Shown here: in pieces, positions 28,613 through 38,298 of the stretch
How positions within the stretch are numbered: position 1 is the stretch's first letter
How the letters are laid out: the number at the start of each line of letters is the position of its first letter
From: a virus
IMG/VR virus record: IMGVR_UViG_3300028840_002623
Location: 5,881 to 69,880 of that record
Reading direction: 5' to 3' (one strand)
Length of the DNA: 64,000 bases
Notes under the pieces: model-generated
What the model was told of the DNA's origin: nothing
Seen by the model: only the letters and a program-made list of their open reading frames with translations
Database searches by the model: none
Translations under genes and position numbers: made by a program

Positions 28613-29253
28613 TTCGCATATCCTTTTTTACCATTGATGAGATTCTTAAAACGCTTTGCCCCTCTGGTGTGCATAATGACCGGGCTTTTTTCTTCTGGAC
28701 ATCTCCGTTGAGTCAGTCCTGTTATCCAAGTATAGGATTGAGGCAACTCTACATAATTGATTGTCATCCTTTGTATTGCCATCTCCAATGTTCGTTGGTC
28801 CCATGCTTCCCTTCCGTTGGGTAATGTATCTGGATATTTTTCATTCAACCGAATCCATTTGTCAACAAGCCGTTGACAAGCCATCGTGTTCCCCAAGTAC
28901 AACGTGCCAGACAACAATTCCCTTCCCTTGGCGAAATGAACAGCGGCAATATCGGCTTCCAAATCATTTAACAATACCGGGGGTTCAACCATTATCGCAT
29001 CAACGTCTAAATACAATAAAGGGTTGGGGGAAAATCTTTCCAGAGCGTATTGAATGAATAAGGCTTTGTACTGAGTATTCTTTTGCCAACTTCCCAAATT
29101 GGGAACCCCAGCAACCCAATAACCATAGTCCAGCCCCTCCAAAGATTCTTTCAGTGTCTCTGCTTCGTGTTGGTATGGGGTGTCCACCGTATAATACGCT
29201 ATGACCAAAGGGGTGTGCGATGTTTTGTAAAAAGATTCAGCCACTATATCCAT
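28609..29253 (-). CDS. Nucleotide-diphospho-sugar transferase (GT-A)
   Basis: LYLDVDA, LSGTLY, WDQ, PVIMH. Confidence 0.75.
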   Translation of the reverse strand: MDIVAESFYKTSHTPLVIAYYTVDTPYQHEAETLKESLEGLDYGYWVAGVPNLGSWQKNTQYKALFIQYALERFSPNPLLYLDVDAIMVEPPVLLNDLEADIAAVHFAKGRELLSGTLYLGNTMACQRLVDKWIRLNEKYPDTLPNGREAWDQRTLEMAIQRMTINYVELPQSYTWITGLTQRRCPEEKSPVIMHTRGAKRFKNLINGKKGYAK

Positions 29254-29266
29254 TTTGTTCCTTCCC

Positions 29267-29605
29267 TTATTTGTCCCTCAAAAATAAATACTCCTGCACT
29301 TCAGCCAGAGTTGCAGTTTGTGTTTCAAATTTTTCTTTGAGTTCAACCATTCTTTTTCCCTCTGGGCTGGATTCCATTTCTGGTTCAATTGGGGGTGATG
29401 TCATTTCCTTTTTCTTTTCATCCCACGTTCCACCACATTTTGCTTGAACATCTTCTTTGAATCTGGAAACATCAACATCATCTTCCATATCTGGAAATAT
29501 ATTATTCAATTCCTTTTTTAATTCAATATCGTCAAGATGTTTTTTTGCGTTGTCATTTAAAACTCGCAAAATCTTTTTTGTACTTTTTTGATAATAAATA
29601 ATCAT
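29267..29605 (-). CDS. Hypothetical protein, possible tail-fibre chaperone
   Basis: Follows the last tail gene; AT-rich. Confidence 0.55.
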   Translation of the reverse strand: MIIYYQKSTKKILRVLNDNAKKHLDDIELKKELNNIFPDMEDDVDVSRFKEDVQAKCGGTWDEKKKEMTSPPIEPEMESSPEGKRMVELKEKFETQTATLAEVQEYLFLRDK

Positions 29606-29606
29606 T

Positions 29607-30203
29607 TTACGCTCCCCATATCATTTGGTCATAATAAAGTGTGTAGCCACCCCAAGTTCCGGTCTGAGTTGTAATAGTAACACCACTTGAAGCCCATGCC
29701 GTAACATCTGCATATTCATTCCATCCGGTCACCACTACATAACCCACCCCACTTGTTTGTAAACCGCAAACGTGATTATCAACTCCCCATTGTTGTGGCA
29801 CAGGTGGATTTGGAGCACTGAATTGATAATCTAAAACAGTACCATATTGGTCACTTGAACCTGTACCCATAGAAAAAGATAATCCATCATCAATTACACC
29901 ACTCGCTAAATGAACCCAACGGAAAGCCATAGCATAAGGGTCAAATCCCAAAGAACCCGTTGCAATACTCCAACCAGCACTTGTGGTAACTGTTCCTTGG
30001 GCAACATAAGTTGAAAGAGTTATTCGGGCTGAATTGGTTCCATCATGGTCGTGGTCTTGTGCCGCAGTATAGGAAAGCCCCAACCACTCTTCAAGATGTA
30101 TATCATTGTCACGGAAATCCTCCATCAAATCTGCAGTGATGGGGGAATCAGCGTCAATTGCACTGTCTGCGATTATTGTAAATGGTTTACTTGGTGCAGC
30201 CAT
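29607..30203 (-). CDS. Tail tip / receptor-binding protein
   Basis: IDADSPITADLM...RDN N-terminus, HDHDG motif, beta-rich C-terminus. Confidence 0.6.
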   Translation of the reverse strand: MAAPSKPFTIIADSAIDADSPITADLMEDFRDNDIHLEEWLGLSYTAAQDHDHDGTNSARITLSTYVAQGTVTTSAGWSIATGSLGFDPYAMAFRWVHLASGVIDDGLSFSMGTGSSDQYGTVLDYQFSAPNPPVPQQWGVDNHVCGLQTSGVGYVVVTGWNEYADVTAWASSGVTITTQTGTWGGYTLYYDQMIWGA

Positions 30204-30204
30204 T

Positions 30205-30675
30205 TTATACTCCTATTCTGTATTCAGGGGTTTCAATTGCTCTTGGCAATTGCTTTTCTTCATCTGTTATGATTCTATTTTTATACTTGTTTATGTCCTT
30301 CATCTTTGGGTAGTTTTTAAGGTCACCGGGGTAAACAATAAAGCGATATGCAATCGGTGTCCCACATTCCGGACATACAGTAATTTTCAAGGTGAATGGT
30401 TTGAATTCTTTCGGGAGATATTTGATGAAGTATCTGATGGTGCGATTTTGAACACAGTTATGAAGACACAGTTTGGCTTTCCTGAAATCTTTTTCCCTCT
30501 CAAACCGGACAAACTCCATTTTGATTGGCATCTCCTTTATCAAATTATAGAACACCCGTGTCAGGAAAGGTTGGTCAATGCCTTTGCCTTCTTTAAACTT
30601 CAATTCAAATTCGCTGTCACCCATCTCCGCAATTCTCTTTTGCATCTTTGGGTTCAAAGGTAAATTTGGAAACAT
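30205..30675 (-). CDS. Hypothetical basic protein with Cys motifs
   Basis: AGGAG RBS; CLHNC and CPEC. Confidence 0.55.
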   Translation of the reverse strand: MFPNLPLNPKMQKRIAEMGDSEFELKFKEGKGIDQPFLTRVFYNLIKEMPIKMEFVRFEREKDFRKAKLCLHNCVQNRTIRYFIKYLPKEFKPFTLKITVCPECGTPIAYRFIVYPGDLKNYPKMKDINKYKNRIITDEEKQLPRAIETPEYRIGV

Positions 30676-30686
30676 GTCAGCCACTC

Positions 30687-32510
30687 CTACCAAATATATG
30701 TTACTGGTCCACCGTCACTCATATACGGCTCACCACTACTATCAACTGCTGCAATATAAGCATATGCCCTTTCTTCATCCGTGATTGCGGAATAATCCCA
30801 ATCAGGTAAAGTGTTTGGACCAATGAAGCCATACTTCAAAGCAAATTTGGTCTCCAACGCTTTCATCTTAATAACACCACTTTGATTTTCGGCTTTGGAA
30901 AGTATCTGAAAATTCACCGTGTCATCTGAGCCATCATCGTCAACGAAAAACGGGCTTGTAAAATCTATAATGTCCGCTGTCTCAACATCTGAATCCGCTC
31001 TGTACACCCGGAAGGTTATTTCAGCAGGGGCTGTAGGTGAAAACCTTCTAATGTACCGGGATGCAAACCCCTTGGCTTCAGATATGGCATAAACCCAATC
31101 AACAAAAAATTCTATTTCAACAGGGTCACTCCCCATACCATTCGCATTTTCTGCCGCTGCATTTATCCAAATCAAATGTTCACTGAATTCATCTTCATCG
31201 GTATGGTCTTTGGTTCCCCAAATATCATCCGGGGCAAAATGAACTGTGACCCGGCTGACCATTGTTTCTGTCTTGTTGTTTATCTTGAGAGAATCATCCA
31301 AAACATTTTCATCAGTTTTGAACTCAACCCTTGTAGCCCCCGGAGCAACTGGCACCAATCCTTTGAAAGTCAGTTTCTGTTCCTCATTCTGCCAAACGTT
31401 GGACATCATAATTTGATTGAGTTGTGATACCAATTTGTCGGCTTTGATTGGGCTTTCTATTATTCTGCGGATTCTCCAAACTGAATACCAATCATCCCGT
31501 TCACCGTCAAATTGATAGTCATCAATGTCAGATGGGTCAATGCCAACCCAACCTTCCAAAATATGTTTAATGGCATCAACCGGATTCATACCAGAATCTG
31601 AAGCAATCCCGGTATCAGCTTCATCACAAAATGGAGCAACCTGAATAACCTTACAACCTGCTGGGTGGTCCACTTCCGTTGTTCCGAAAAATCCACGACC
31701 TGCCCCAAGTGGTAATGTTAAGGTATTTGGCGTTGAATCTATACCGACAAATTGTACATACTCATCGCCATTTGCATCATCAATAACTTTTATGTAAGAT
31801 GGTTCACCATCAGCAAGCAGTTTGAATTCGCTTCCATCTGTAATGTAGACCAAAGATGAAGATGATGTAAGGGGCTGGGTCAGTACGTTGGTTGAACTGA
31901 TAGCATTCGGGATTTTAATTGTCTTGGTTGTTCGGGTTTTGTCTGTGCCCGTAACACGGACACGTCCATCGCTCTGAAACTCTATATTGTTGACCAGTAA
32001 CTCACGTTTGAGACTGAAGTCATTCAAGGAAGTATAACTGGCAAGCCCTTCATAAATCCTCATCTGACAATACTTGTAACTTTCCCGGTAAATGCGGGTG
32101 AAGATTCTCCAGAATGTTGAATCCCGGTATTCATAAAACTTTCCCGCACCTTTGTCTGAGTCCATTGGAGGTGGGTCTGCGACATCTTCAAACGTCAACT
32201 GAACACGGGCATTCAGCGTTGTAGATTTGTCCGGGTTGATTTCAGTAGGAATATCACCCACAGATAACAACGTGGGCATAACTTCCGTTCCAATGAAAAC
32301 GGGCATTCCCTTTTTGCTTGAAAACTTAAATGTCCGGGTTGTAAGGTCAAAGTTGTTTCTATCTTCACAAGTTGCCCAACTGTAACCGCATTGTCCCCCG
32401 GAAGCAGTACATGGAGCCGTTCCATATATCTCATCGCAGGTACGGGGTTCAATCTCAACGTACCAAACCCACTCTTGTCCTACTTTTCCCTTGTCATCGT
32501 CATACGCCAT
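30687..32510 (-). CDS. Tail hub / baseplate protein
   Basis: 607 aa, second gene after tape measure; N-terminal C..YG..PC.A...C...ATC. Confidence 0.7.
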   Translation of the reverse strand: MAYDDDKGKVGQEWVWYVEIEPRTCDEIYGTAPCTASGGQCGYSWATCEDRNNFDLTTRTFKFSSKKGMPVFIGTEVMPTLLSVGDIPTEINPDKSTTLNARVQLTFEDVADPPPMDSDKGAGKFYEYRDSTFWRIFTRIYRESYKYCQMRIYEGLASYTSLNDFSLKRELLVNNIEFQSDGRVRVTGTDKTRTTKTIKIPNAISSTNVLTQPLTSSSSLVYITDGSEFKLLADGEPSYIKVIDDANGDEYVQFVGIDSTPNTLTLPLGAGRGFFGTTEVDHPAGCKVIQVAPFCDEADTGIASDSGMNPVDAIKHILEGWVGIDPSDIDDYQFDGERDDWYSVWRIRRIIESPIKADKLVSQLNQIMMSNVWQNEEQKLTFKGLVPVAPGATRVEFKTDENVLDDSLKINNKTETMVSRVTVHFAPDDIWGTKDHTDEDEFSEHLIWINAAAENANGMGSDPVEIEFFVDWVYAISEAKGFASRYIRRFSPTAPAEITFRVYRADSDVETADIIDFTSPFFVDDDGSDDTVNFQILSKAENQSGVIKMKALETKFALKYGFIGPNTLPDWDYSAITDEERAYAYIAAVDSSGEPYMSDGGPVTYIW

Positions 32511-32519
32511 CGGGCATCC

Positions 32520-33332
32520 TTACCTGAACTTGTCTTGACGAACACCGTTTGCTATCAGTGTCCAATTCCGAAAGCCAATATCATCTTCATATACCGGAAG
32601 TTCAATTGTTGGGTTATCAGGGGCAGTCAAGTAATGTAATTTGGTAACACCACCGGAAGTAAAAACCTGTCCGGGGTCAGGTACAAAGAAAAATGGTAAC
32701 ATTGCCCCGTAATGGTCTTCAAGAAATGGTCTCAAATCGGAATCAATAAATGTTTCGCTCAGCCTTCTGAACGGCACATTCATTCTTCTTTCCGCATACT
32801 TCACCGCAGATGAAACCATTCTCCCGGAATAACTGTTGAACTTTTCTGATTTGATATCCTGTCTGTCCGGGTCAAATGAAAACTCCGGTCCAACGGGCAA
32901 TTCCAATTTCGTTCCAAGGTAAGCAACCGCAATAAACGGAGCAACTGAACCTGAACCAATTCTGATTCGGTTGTAACGCTGGGAACCGGAAGTCAAGTTG
33001 ATATAATATGGACCATCGTATGCAAAAGCGTCAGAACCCAAAGTTGTAGGTGAAGTAAATCCGGGGTTGTCATCCTCATACACAGTAACATTCGCCATTA
33101 CATAATCCATATTGTGGCCAAGCAAAGCCAACGTGTCAACCGAAATCCCGGTTGTTCCTTTGTCAATGTCTATGTCCTGTTGAGCCGTGCTTGAGGCTTT
33201 CCAATATGTCCAATCTTTCCAGTCATACAAATTCTCTTTCGGAAATCCCGATGCTTCAGAAGTGACTGTAATGGAAGTATTTGACCTGTTTAAAATATTG
33301 TCGTACAAAATAAAAGGAAGTTCATATGTCAT
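32520..33332 (-). CDS. Distal tail protein
   Basis: Immediately after tape measure; ALLGHN, PFFFVPDP. Confidence 0.65.
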   Translation of the reverse strand: MTYELPFILYDNILNRSNTSITVTSEASGFPKENLYDWKDWTYWKASSTAQQDIDIDKGTTGISVDTLALLGHNMDYVMANVTVYEDDNPGFTSPTTLGSDAFAYDGPYYINLTSGSQRYNRIRIGSGSVAPFIAVAYLGTKLELPVGPEFSFDPDRQDIKSEKFNSYSGRMVSSAVKYAERRMNVPFRRLSETFIDSDLRPFLEDHYGAMLPFFFVPDPGQVFTSGGVTKLHYLTAPDNPTIELPVYEDDIGFRNWTLIANGVRQDKFR

Positions 33333-33341
33333 AACAATTCC

Positions 33342-36275
33342 TTACCTGGTTGTAGTTTCAAAACCAAATTCACGACCATCGCCACTTCTGTCAGCAATTT
33401 TTTCGGCTAACATATCAGCAAACTCTTCATCAGCAGAGCCGTGGATGTTCTCAATAATGATAGTATATTTATCAGGCTTGTCCATTCTTTCTTCTTCATC
33501 CTGTCCAAGCAATCCACCTGCTGGTGGGCGTGCTCCGAAATTGGTTGTGGCTCCGCCACCTCCACCTCCACCGCCAATACCCGTGCCAGGTTGCATCATA
33601 GCAATCTGTCTGACTTTCGCAAGACCCATAACAAGGATTGAAGCCGCAAGCGGAATTGTCGCAGGTGGTCCGGGGGGTGCTGCAAGGGCTTTATTGTACG
33701 CTGAATAGGTAGCAATCCCGGCTTCAGCGATGGCCAAGGCTTTATAAAGTTTGAACTGCTTTTTTCCTCCACTGGCTAACAACGACAACCCGGCTGAGAG
33801 CAAGGAAGCAACCCCGGATAACATTACAGCACGTTTGTGGTCTTCAATTGCCATCTCTTTTGCGGCTTGCTTTTCCTGAACAGAAAGTGAACTTGTCGCA
33901 ATCTGTTCCAATATTTCCTTATGGCGGTCACCATAGGTTTTTACCATTTCAAGCCGGGCTTCAAAGATGCTAAACATTTGCTGATTCGCCTGTCCCATTG
34001 CTTGAACATCCGGGTCAGTTGCCATTTCAAATATCTGTCCTAATGTCCCCTGTATAAATTCAGTCATTGAAGGAGCAAGTGTTTGAAATTTCTCAGCCAA
34101 CATCTGAGTGTCATTTGAAACTGAAGCAGTAGTGTCTTTGTATTTGTCTTTTATTTCGTCAAGCATTTTTTGATAATCAAAACCACCCAACAATCCGGCT
34201 ATATCAAATCCACCACCTTCCGGCTTTTGTGGTCCTGCTTGCTTCCGGTCATCCTGCATAAATATTCTGTTTCTGGTCTCCTGCCACTTCTTGGTATTCT
34301 CTGTATGCTTCTGGTCCAACTCTGCTACCTTGTTGTAATAGCCTTCCCAATCCTTCTTTGAATTGCCAAGGCTCTTTTTAAGTGCAGCATTGTAATTTTG
34401 GTTGCTGTTCTTTCTCATCTTTCTAACTTTTTGTTCCAGCTTCATTGCACCCGCAATTATTTCACCCCTTTTTTTCCGGGTCAACAGACTGACACTAACC
34501 AATCCATCAGTGACATCCCTTATCATAGCTGTAAAGCCCTGTGCAAGTTTTTGAACCACTGCCCAAAAGAAATCGGAAATACCTTTTCCAACTCTGAGAA
34601 AAAATCGCAATACCAACCTTCCTGATTCCCTTGCAGCAAACCAATAGGTTTTCCAACCCAAAGCAAGTTTGTTTACGACATAGTCCCATACCTGCCACAT
34701 ATACGTTCCAAGAGCATCCCACCAAGCACCAACAGATGTCCCAGCAACAGTCATACTCCTGAACCAATTTTGTATCCCCAAGTCAGCCGCAGTGAATGCG
34801 TCAACAATCATCCAAACCGAAAGAGCAATGGCGGTGAACACTGCAATAAATGGGAGATATGGCAACAAGGCTTTTATTCCTGCCCAAAGCAATTTGACCA
34901 TTGACTTCAAGCCCCATATCAGTACCTTGAAAGCCACCTTGGCAACTTTTGTAAACACTCCCAATAATTTTATAAAAGTGTTCCACATCCAAATCAAAGG
35001 ACCAAGTCCACGAATTGCAAACCTTATCAAATTAACAAAGGTGCCAAAAGCAAGAAGTGTAGGTCCAATTGCCGCAAGGAACAAACCAGTATACACAATA
35101 AACTTCCGGGTGCCTTCATTCAATGTACGGAACCAAGTCACTGCTCCTTTTAAAGCATCAGCAAGTTTGCGTATCCATGGCTCTAATATTGAACCAATCC
35201 CGATGCCCGCAACTTTGATATTGTTCCAAAGTATTTTCATTTGGGCATTGAAAGATTTTAATTGCTTGTTTGCAATTTCATCCGTTGTTCCTGAAGCCCC
35301 ATCCAATTCATGATTGTAATTTCGGATTTCGTTTTGAAGTCCAAGCAACGGGAGAATGGCTTGCTGACTCCGGGCTTGGAATCCTAACATATCCAACGCT
35401 GCAGCCTTCTGTGCAGCACCCATATTTTTCGTATGGTTGGTCAAACCTTCTATGATGTCAGCCAATGGGAGCAGATTGCCTTGTGCGTCAGTTGTCGCTA
35501 TTCCCCACGCATCCCATTGCTGTTTATTTTCATTGATACTCTTAATCAAAAGCCTCAACATTCGGTCAAACATATTTCCCGCAAGTTCAGCTTTGATACC
35601 TTGGTCAGCGTATGCCGCAAGGACTGCAACACCTTCCTCCAATTCAATATTGTATGACTTCATAGCCGTACCTGCTTTGGAAGTCAGTGCAGTAGAAAAC
35701 TGTTCCACCGTTGCATTGGCCAAGGTGTTAGCCTTGACCAATACATCGGATACACGTTTCATATTCTCCATGTTCTTCACGGAGTCATCTACAGTCAGTC
35801 CAAGAGCCGATTGCGCATCAGTTAGCAAGTCTGTTGCTTGAGCCATATCAAACATACCAGCTGTTGCGAAATTGGTAACAACCGGGAGTGCCGCCATTGA
35901 TTGTTCAACGGTGAACCCGGCTGACGCAAGGAAGAAATAAGATTCAGCGAGTTCAGTTGCGGATTTTATACTGTTGGTGGATATTTCCTTTGCAACATCC
36001 TCCATTTGCTTTCTCATCTGTTCCCCCTTCTGTCCCATTATGGCGACAGATTGGGTCATTGCACTATCAAAATCCGCAAAAGCCTTTACAGATGCTGCAG
36101 CAACCGCTGTAACTGGTACAGTGACATATTTGGTCAACGCTTTGCCAACCATTTTCGCATTCTTTGAAATGTTTTTTAGGTTATGGTCAACATTGCGTAA
36201 TTTCTTTTTGAACTTCTTGTCATTGAGGTCCAAATGAATCTCTAAATTACCAAGACTCAGATTCCACAGACCCAT
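33342..36275 (-). CDS. Tape measure protein (TP901 family)
   Basis: 977 aa, Ala-rich helical; AFADFDSAM, ELAESYFFLASAG, DVLVKANT. Confidence 0.92.
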   Translation of the reverse strand: MGLWNLSLGNLEIHLDLNDKKFKKKLRNVDHNLKNISKNAKMVGKALTKYVTVPVTAVAAASVKAFADFDSAMTQSVAIMGQKGEQMRKQMEDVAKEISTNSIKSATELAESYFFLASAGFTVEQSMAALPVVTNFATAGMFDMAQATDLLTDAQSALGLTVDDSVKNMENMKRVSDVLVKANTLANATVEQFSTALTSKAGTAMKSYNIELEEGVAVLAAYADQGIKAELAGNMFDRMLRLLIKSINENKQQWDAWGIATTDAQGNLLPLADIIEGLTNHTKNMGAAQKAAALDMLGFQARSQQAILPLLGLQNEIRNYNHELDGASGTTDEIANKQLKSFNAQMKILWNNIKVAGIGIGSILEPWIRKLADALKGAVTWFRTLNEGTRKFIVYTGLFLAAIGPTLLAFGTFVNLIRFAIRGLGPLIWMWNTFIKLLGVFTKVAKVAFKVLIWGLKSMVKLLWAGIKALLPYLPFIAVFTAIALSVWMIVDAFTAADLGIQNWFRSMTVAGTSVGAWWDALGTYMWQVWDYVVNKLALGWKTYWFAARESGRLVLRFFLRVGKGISDFFWAVVQKLAQGFTAMIRDVTDGLVSVSLLTRKKRGEIIAGAMKLEQKVRKMRKNSNQNYNAALKKSLGNSKKDWEGYYNKVAELDQKHTENTKKWQETRNRIFMQDDRKQAGPQKPEGGGFDIAGLLGGFDYQKMLDEIKDKYKDTTASVSNDTQMLAEKFQTLAPSMTEFIQGTLGQIFEMATDPDVQAMGQANQQMFSIFEARLEMVKTYGDRHKEILEQIATSSLSVQEKQAAKEMAIEDHKRAVMLSGVASLLSAGLSLLASGGKKQFKLYKALAIAEAGIATYSAYNKALAAPPGPPATIPLAASILVMGLAKVRQIAMMQPGTGIGGGGGGGGATTNFGARPPAGGLLGQDEEERMDKPDKYTIIIENIHGSADEEFADMLAEKIADRSGDGREFGFETTTR

Positions 36276-36278
36276 ATA

Positions 36279-36641
36279 TCACTCCTTCTTTTTAAATGGC
36301 ATTGGCAACTTCTTTTTCTTCTGATTCCTTTTGTTTCCGATTACACCTGTGACGCTCAACCAATGTTGTTTGCTCTTTCTCATTTGGTCGTTGGAATCTT
36401 GACTTGACCGATTGTGAAATTTGAGGATGTAATTTTCCAGCTTGATTTTCCGGGGGTGTTTTACATTCCCCCGGTCCACCGATGCCGCAATGTTCGCCAA
36501 ATAAAAATCTTGGCGGTTGAATTCTTCTACATCTCTCCAATGCAAGTACCAAGCCCATTCCAAAAACTCCGATGAAGTTATTTTTGCCTGTGCCTCTTGA
36601 ACAGTCATACACAGGTGAGAAGCCAGTCTGTACCAGACCAA
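36279..36641 (-). CDS. Tail assembly chaperone, frameshift extension (gpT)
   Basis: In the -1 frame of the upstream gene; ITSSEFLEW. Confidence 0.75.
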   Translation of the reverse strand: MVWYRLASHLCMTVQEAQAKITSSEFLEWAWYLHWRDVEEFNRQDFYLANIAASVDRGNVKHPRKIKLENYILKFHNRSSQDSNDQMRKSKQHWLSVTGVIGNKRNQKKKKLPMPFKKKE

Positions 36642-36652
36642 CCTCTCACCCT

Positions 36653-37015
36653 CTATTCGTTTTTTTCTTCTTCATCCACTGTCATATCAAGTCCAGACAG
36701 TTTCTGGGCACACTCAAAGATTTCCTGCTGAGTGGATGCGGGCAAATCCTCAATCATTTCTTCAGTGACGGGATTTTCCTCATCATCAAACAGACAGAGT
36801 TTCAGCAAGTCAGCTTGAAAGCCATCAAAGGATTTTATCCCCATTGCTTTCCCTGACCTGTCAGTCTTCACTCTGTTCGTCATCTTGTTGAGATACTTAT
36901 TGCGCTCAGCCCCGGACAATTCTTTCAGTGTGTACTTCTTTTCCTGTCCGTTCTCATCTTCAAGCACAACGGGTATCTCTTTCCGATTCAGTTTCAATCT
37001 CAGTTCATCAGCCAT
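36653..37015 (-). CDS. Tail assembly chaperone (gpG)
   Basis: Between major tail and tape measure genes; ends at a slippery site. Confidence 0.8.
   Translation of the reverse strand: MADELRLKLNRKEIPVVLEDENGQEKKYTLKELSGAERNKYLNKMTNRVKTDRSGKAMGIKSFDGFQADLLKLCLFDDEENPVTEEMIEDLPASTQQEIFECAQKLSGLDMTVDEEEKNE
36659..36665 (-). other. Programmed -1 frameshift site A AAA AAC
   Basis: GAA AAA AAC GAA TAG; a -1 slip reads CGA ATA GAG GGT GAG AGG TTG GTC TGG into 36641. Confidence 0.8.
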
Positions 37016-37068
37016 CTTTCATTCCTTCCCAAAAAAATTAAAACAATTTCACTCAACAACAAAACAAC

Positions 37069-37491
37069 TCACGGAGAATATACCGGAGCAACCTCAGTAC
37101 CAGAAGCATTCTGGTTGGATGGGATAATGGTAACATCCGCTGTCGGCTGTTCGCCTTCAACGTTTGCTCCCGGAGTGAACTCATCTATCCATCCCCAAAA
37201 CGCCAGCGTGCTTGAATCCGGGAAAGTGATTGTAACCAGCTGATTGACATTCAGCATTGCTACAATTTCGTCAAACACAGCCGGGTCATAAGCCACGCTG
37301 AGTGAACTCTCAGAAAGAGTTATCAGCGACTTGGGTGCCCTTGTCCGCCATGTAGTGTTACGCATAGTGGAGGTGTCATTTTCTCCGCCACCGGACATTC
37401 CGGGGGGTGTCACTTCTTTTTCCCACATCTGCACATCACTGTCTTCTGCAAATTCAATAATTGTACTAAAACCATCATCAATTCTTGCCAT
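37069..37491 (-). CDS. Major tail (tube) protein
   Basis: VTPPG, DTSTM, ITFPD, F.GWI; position. Confidence 0.8.
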   Translation of the reverse strand: MARIDDGFSTIIEFAEDSDVQMWEKEVTPPGMSGGGENDTSTMRNTTWRTRAPKSLITLSESSLSVAYDPAVFDEIVAMLNVNQLVTITFPDSSTLAFWGWIDEFTPGANVEGEQPTADVTIIPSNQNASGTEVAPVYSP

Positions 37492-37492
37492 T

Positions 37493-37933
37493 TCATATCT
37501 CCTTTAAAGTTACAAGAAAATTGACTGAAAATAATTCACGCCTTTTTGAACCATCCTCTTGCCCCAATAACAACAACCCTGTTGTCTGGGTAACATTGTC
37601 CAATCTATATGTAGTGCCGGACACAACAACTGTGTCCCGGTTTATTGTCTCCAAATTCAGAGCCAATTCCTGAGCCTTTGCATAGCAAGTATTATAAGCA
37701 GTTGCCCGAATAAGCAACTGAAATCCGTAATGAAAAATGTTTTCACCTGTTTCAAAAATCCTTCCATCTTTCAACGGGTCAGTATCAACACAAGCAACGA
37801 CATCATCTTTGACAACATCGTCATCCGGTAACATACCAACGTATATTGGCCAGTCACCGCTGTCTTGCGGGTCAACAACAAGCCCTTCTCCAATAAGGAA
37901 TTGAGCCATAATATATGCTGGGGAATAATCCAT
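37493..37933 (-). CDS. Tail terminator / completion protein
   Basis: FQLLIR, LGQED..RR..FSVNF; position. Confidence 0.7.
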   Translation of the reverse strand: MDYSPAYIMAQFLIGEGLVVDPQDSGDWPIYVGMLPDDDVVKDDVVACVDTDPLKDGRIFETGENIFHYGFQLLIRATAYNTCYAKAQELALNLETINRDTVVVSGTTYRLDNVTQTTGLLLLGQEDGSKRRELFSVNFLVTLKEI

Positions 37934-38298
37934 TATGGTTCCACCTCTCCGGCTATAATTCTTACAATCCTAATTTGATACATTCTCGCAGGTTTTTCTA
38001 AAAACTTGGCACTCTTACCTTTCTTGTGCTTCAACTCTGTTCTCTCGTGAACGTACACTGCGTATGAAGCTGTATAATAGACAACGACAGATGAATTCCA
38101 CCCCCACCCCAAAGCCTTTGTCTGACCGGAGTTTTTGAGATTGGAAGTTTCAATAGGAACAATCTTTTTACTTTCCCTCAAAAGGAACAACCCGGCTTTT
38201 ATCAAACCACGTCTGGCTTGGTCACCCATCTTGACGTGGGCTCTTTTAAGCCGTGCCATTATTCGTTTTGCTCCAATAACTTTTACAACTTGTGCCAT
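37933..38298 (-). CDS. HK97 gp10-like neck protein
   Basis: VPIETSNLKNS, YAVYVHE, AKFLEKP. Confidence 0.8.
   Translation of the reverse strand: MAQVVKVIGAKRIMARLKRAHVKMGDQARRGLIKAGLFLLRESKKIVPIETSNLKNSGQTKALGWGWNSSVVVYYTASYAVYVHERTELKHKKGKSAKFLEKPARMYQIRIVRIIAGEVEP

Noticed and set aside
22426-29253. Host LPS/capsule locus marking a prophage boundary
   Set aside because: Continuous with the tail operon, same CCGG signature, no flippase/polymerase/export genes, and phage genes on both sides
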